This document shows positions 61,801 through 64,000 of a stretch of DNA of 64,000 bases, in pieces; within the stretch, counting starts at the first letter, position 1, and the number at the start of each line of letters is the position of its first letter. A model generated the notes under the pieces. It saw only the letters and a program-made list of their open reading frames with translations, ran no database searches and was not told the origin of the DNA. A program made the translations under genes and the position numbers. Source of the DNA: Squalus acanthias (taxonomy: Eukaryota); the NCBI GenBank assembly GCA_030390025.1, contig JASTWF010000064.1, forward strand, positions 372,001 to 436,000. The letters run 5' to 3'.

Positions 61801-64000
61801 CCCGCGATCGGGAAAATCCTTCCTGCATCCAGTCTGTCTAGTCCTGTTAGTATTTTATAAGGTTCAATAAGATCCCCTCTCATTCTTCTAAACTCGAGCG
61901 AATATAAGCCTAATCGACCCAATCTCTCCTCATACTTCATTCCTGCCATCCCAGGTATCAGTCTCGTGAACCATCGCTGCACTCTCTCCATGGCAAGAAC
62001 ACCCTTCCTCAGATAAGGTGACCAAAACTGCACAAAGTACTCAAGGTGTGGTTTCAACAAGGCCCTGTACAAATGCAGCAAAACATCTTTGCTCCTGTAC
62101 TCGAATTACTTCCCTCTCTGTGACTCCCTGTGTGGTGTCTTTGTAAGTACAGACCCACTCTGTGACTCACCCTGTGGAGTCTCTGTGTACAGACCCACTC
62201 TGTGACTCCCCCTGTATGTCTCTGTAAGTACAGACCCACTCTGTGACTCCCCCTGTATGTCACTGTATGTACAGACCAACTCTGTGACTCCCTCTGTTGT
62301 GTCTCTGTAAGTACAGACACACTCTGTGACTCCCTCGGTGGTGTCTCTGTAAGTACAGACCCACTCTGTGACTCCCCTTGTTGTGTCTCTGTAAGTACAG
62401 ACACACTCTGTGACTCCCTCGGTGGTGTCTCTGCAAGTACAGACCCACTCTGTGTCTCCCCCTGTGGAGTCTCTGTAAGTACAGACCCACTCTGTGACTG
62501 CCCCTGTGATGTCTCTGTAAGTGCAGACCCACTCTGTGAATCCCCCTGTGGAGTCTCTCTCAGTACAGACCTACTCTGTGACTCCCCCTGTGGAGTCTCT
62601 CAGTACAGACCCAATCTGTGACACCCACTGTGGTGTCTGTGTATGTACAGGCTCACGCTGTGACTCCTCTGTGGTGTCTCTTTAAGTACAGAACCACTCT
62701 GTGACTCCCCCTGTGGTGTCTCTGTAATTACGGACCCACCCTGTGACGACCTCTGTGGAGTCTTTGTATGTACAGACCCACTCTGTGATCCCATCTGTGG
62801 AGTCTCCGTAATACAGACCCACTCTGTGACTCCCCCCTGTGGAGTCTCGGTAAGTACAGTCCCACTCTGTGACTCCCCCTGTGGAGTATCTGTAATGCAG
62901 ACCCACTCTGTGACTCCCCCCTGTGGAGTCTCCGTAATACAGACCCACTCTGTGACTCCCCCCTGTGGAGTCTCCGTAATACAGACCCACTCTGTGACTC
63001 TCACCATGGAGTCTCGGTAAGTACAGACACACTCTGTGACACCCCCTGTGGTGTCTCTGGTAAACATAGAAGATAGGAGCAGCAGTAGGCCATTCGGCCC
63101 TTCGAGCCTGTTCTGCCATTTAATGAGATCATGGCTGATCATCCAAATTCAGTACCCTGTCCCTGTTTCTCCCCATATCCCTTGATCCATTTAGCCTTAA
63201 TAAATATATCTAACTCCTTCTTGAATATATTTAATGAATTGGCCTCAACTGCCTTGTGCGGTAGAGAATTCCACAGGTTCACCACTCTCTGGGTGAAGAA
63301 ATTCCTCCTCATCTCTGATTTAAATGGCTTACCTCTTATCTTTAGACTGTGACCCCTGGTTCTGGACTCCCCCGCGATCGGGAAAATCCTTCCTGCATCC
63401 AGTCTGTCTAGTCCTGTTAGTATTTTATAAGGTTCAATAAGATCCCCTCTCATTCTTCTAAACTCGAGCGAATATAAGCCTAATCGACCCAATCTCTCCT
63501 CATACTTCATTCCTGCCATCCCAGGTATCAGTCTGGTGAACCATCGCTGCACTCTCTCCATGGCAAGAACACCCTTCCTCAGATAAGGTGACCAAAACTG
63601 CACAAAGTACTCAAGGTGTGGTTTCAACAAGGCCCTGTACAAATGCAGCAAAACATCCTTGCTCCTGTACTCGAATTACTTACCTCTCTGTGACTCCCTC
63701 TGCGGTGTCTTTGTAAGTACAGACCCACTCTGTGACTCACCCTGTGGAGTCTCTGTGTACAGACCCACTCTGTGACTCCCCCTGCTGTGTCTCTGTAAGT
63801 ACAGACACACTCTGTGACTCCCTCGGTGGTGTCTCTGTAAGTACAGACCCATTCTGTGACTCCCCTGTGGTGTCTCTGTAAGTACAGACCCACTCTGTGA
63901 CACCCCCTGTGGAGTCTCTGTAAGTACAGACCCACTCTGTGACACCCCCTGTGGAGTCACTGTAAGTACAGACCCACTCTGTGACTCCCCTGTGGTGTCT

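Larger units (their letters stand above)
40490..64000. repeat. 42-bp satellite (GTACAGACCCACTCTGTGACTCCCCCTGTGGTGTCTCTGTAA); from 42851 a composite macrosatellite with 16 CR1 fragments
   Basis: Tandem monomers throughout; CR1 blocks start at ~42851, 44466, 45581, 47041, 48071, 49390, 50756, 52116, 53483, 54928, 55914, 57275, 58642, 60087, 61490 and 63060. Confidence 0.95.

Noticed and set aside
41245-64000. CRISPR-like repeat/spacer appearance and many Cys/Thr-rich ORFs
   Set aside because: Eukaryotic context, no cas genes, the 'spacers' are copies of one CR1 fragment, and the ORFs are 14-aa satellite periodicity
41245-64000. RSS heptamer-like CACTGTG/CACAGTG in satellite variants
   Set aside because: No nonamer at 12/23-bp spacing and no V/J segments seen

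Overview
Vertebrate genomic DNA, most likely a cartilaginous fish (inferred from a shark UAA-type MHC class I sequence and shark-type CR1/L2 LINEs, SINEs and Penelope-like elements). The only host gene is an MHC class I heavy chain with classical-type alpha1 residues. Its promoter, leader exon (4986-5034) and alpha1 exon (8907-9167) lie on the + strand and run into a 200-N gap. Beyond the gap is an inverted, slightly diverged second copy of intron 1, leader exon and promoter (9761-15418), which is either a convergent paralogue or an alternative haplotype. The promoter carries two tandem ISRE-S-X1-X2-Y modules. Two candidate distal immune enhancers were also found: paired kB sites with AP-1 and GAS at about 1.1-1.46 kb, and an X1-X2-Y/kB/RFX island at about 27.35-27.5 kb. 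The rest is repeats: a nested CR1 holding a PIF/Harbinger transposon (intact transposase, anomalous 126-bp flanking duplication), an RTE LINE and a Penelope stub; Penelope-like elements with minimal hammerhead ribozymes; a near-intact CR1; many minisatellites; and a >21-kb composite macrosatellite in which 42-bp satellite blocks alternate with 16 copies of one ~620-bp CR1 3' fragment, with higher-order periodicity. Repeat boundaries are read by eye and are approximate unless a TSD or TIR is quoted.
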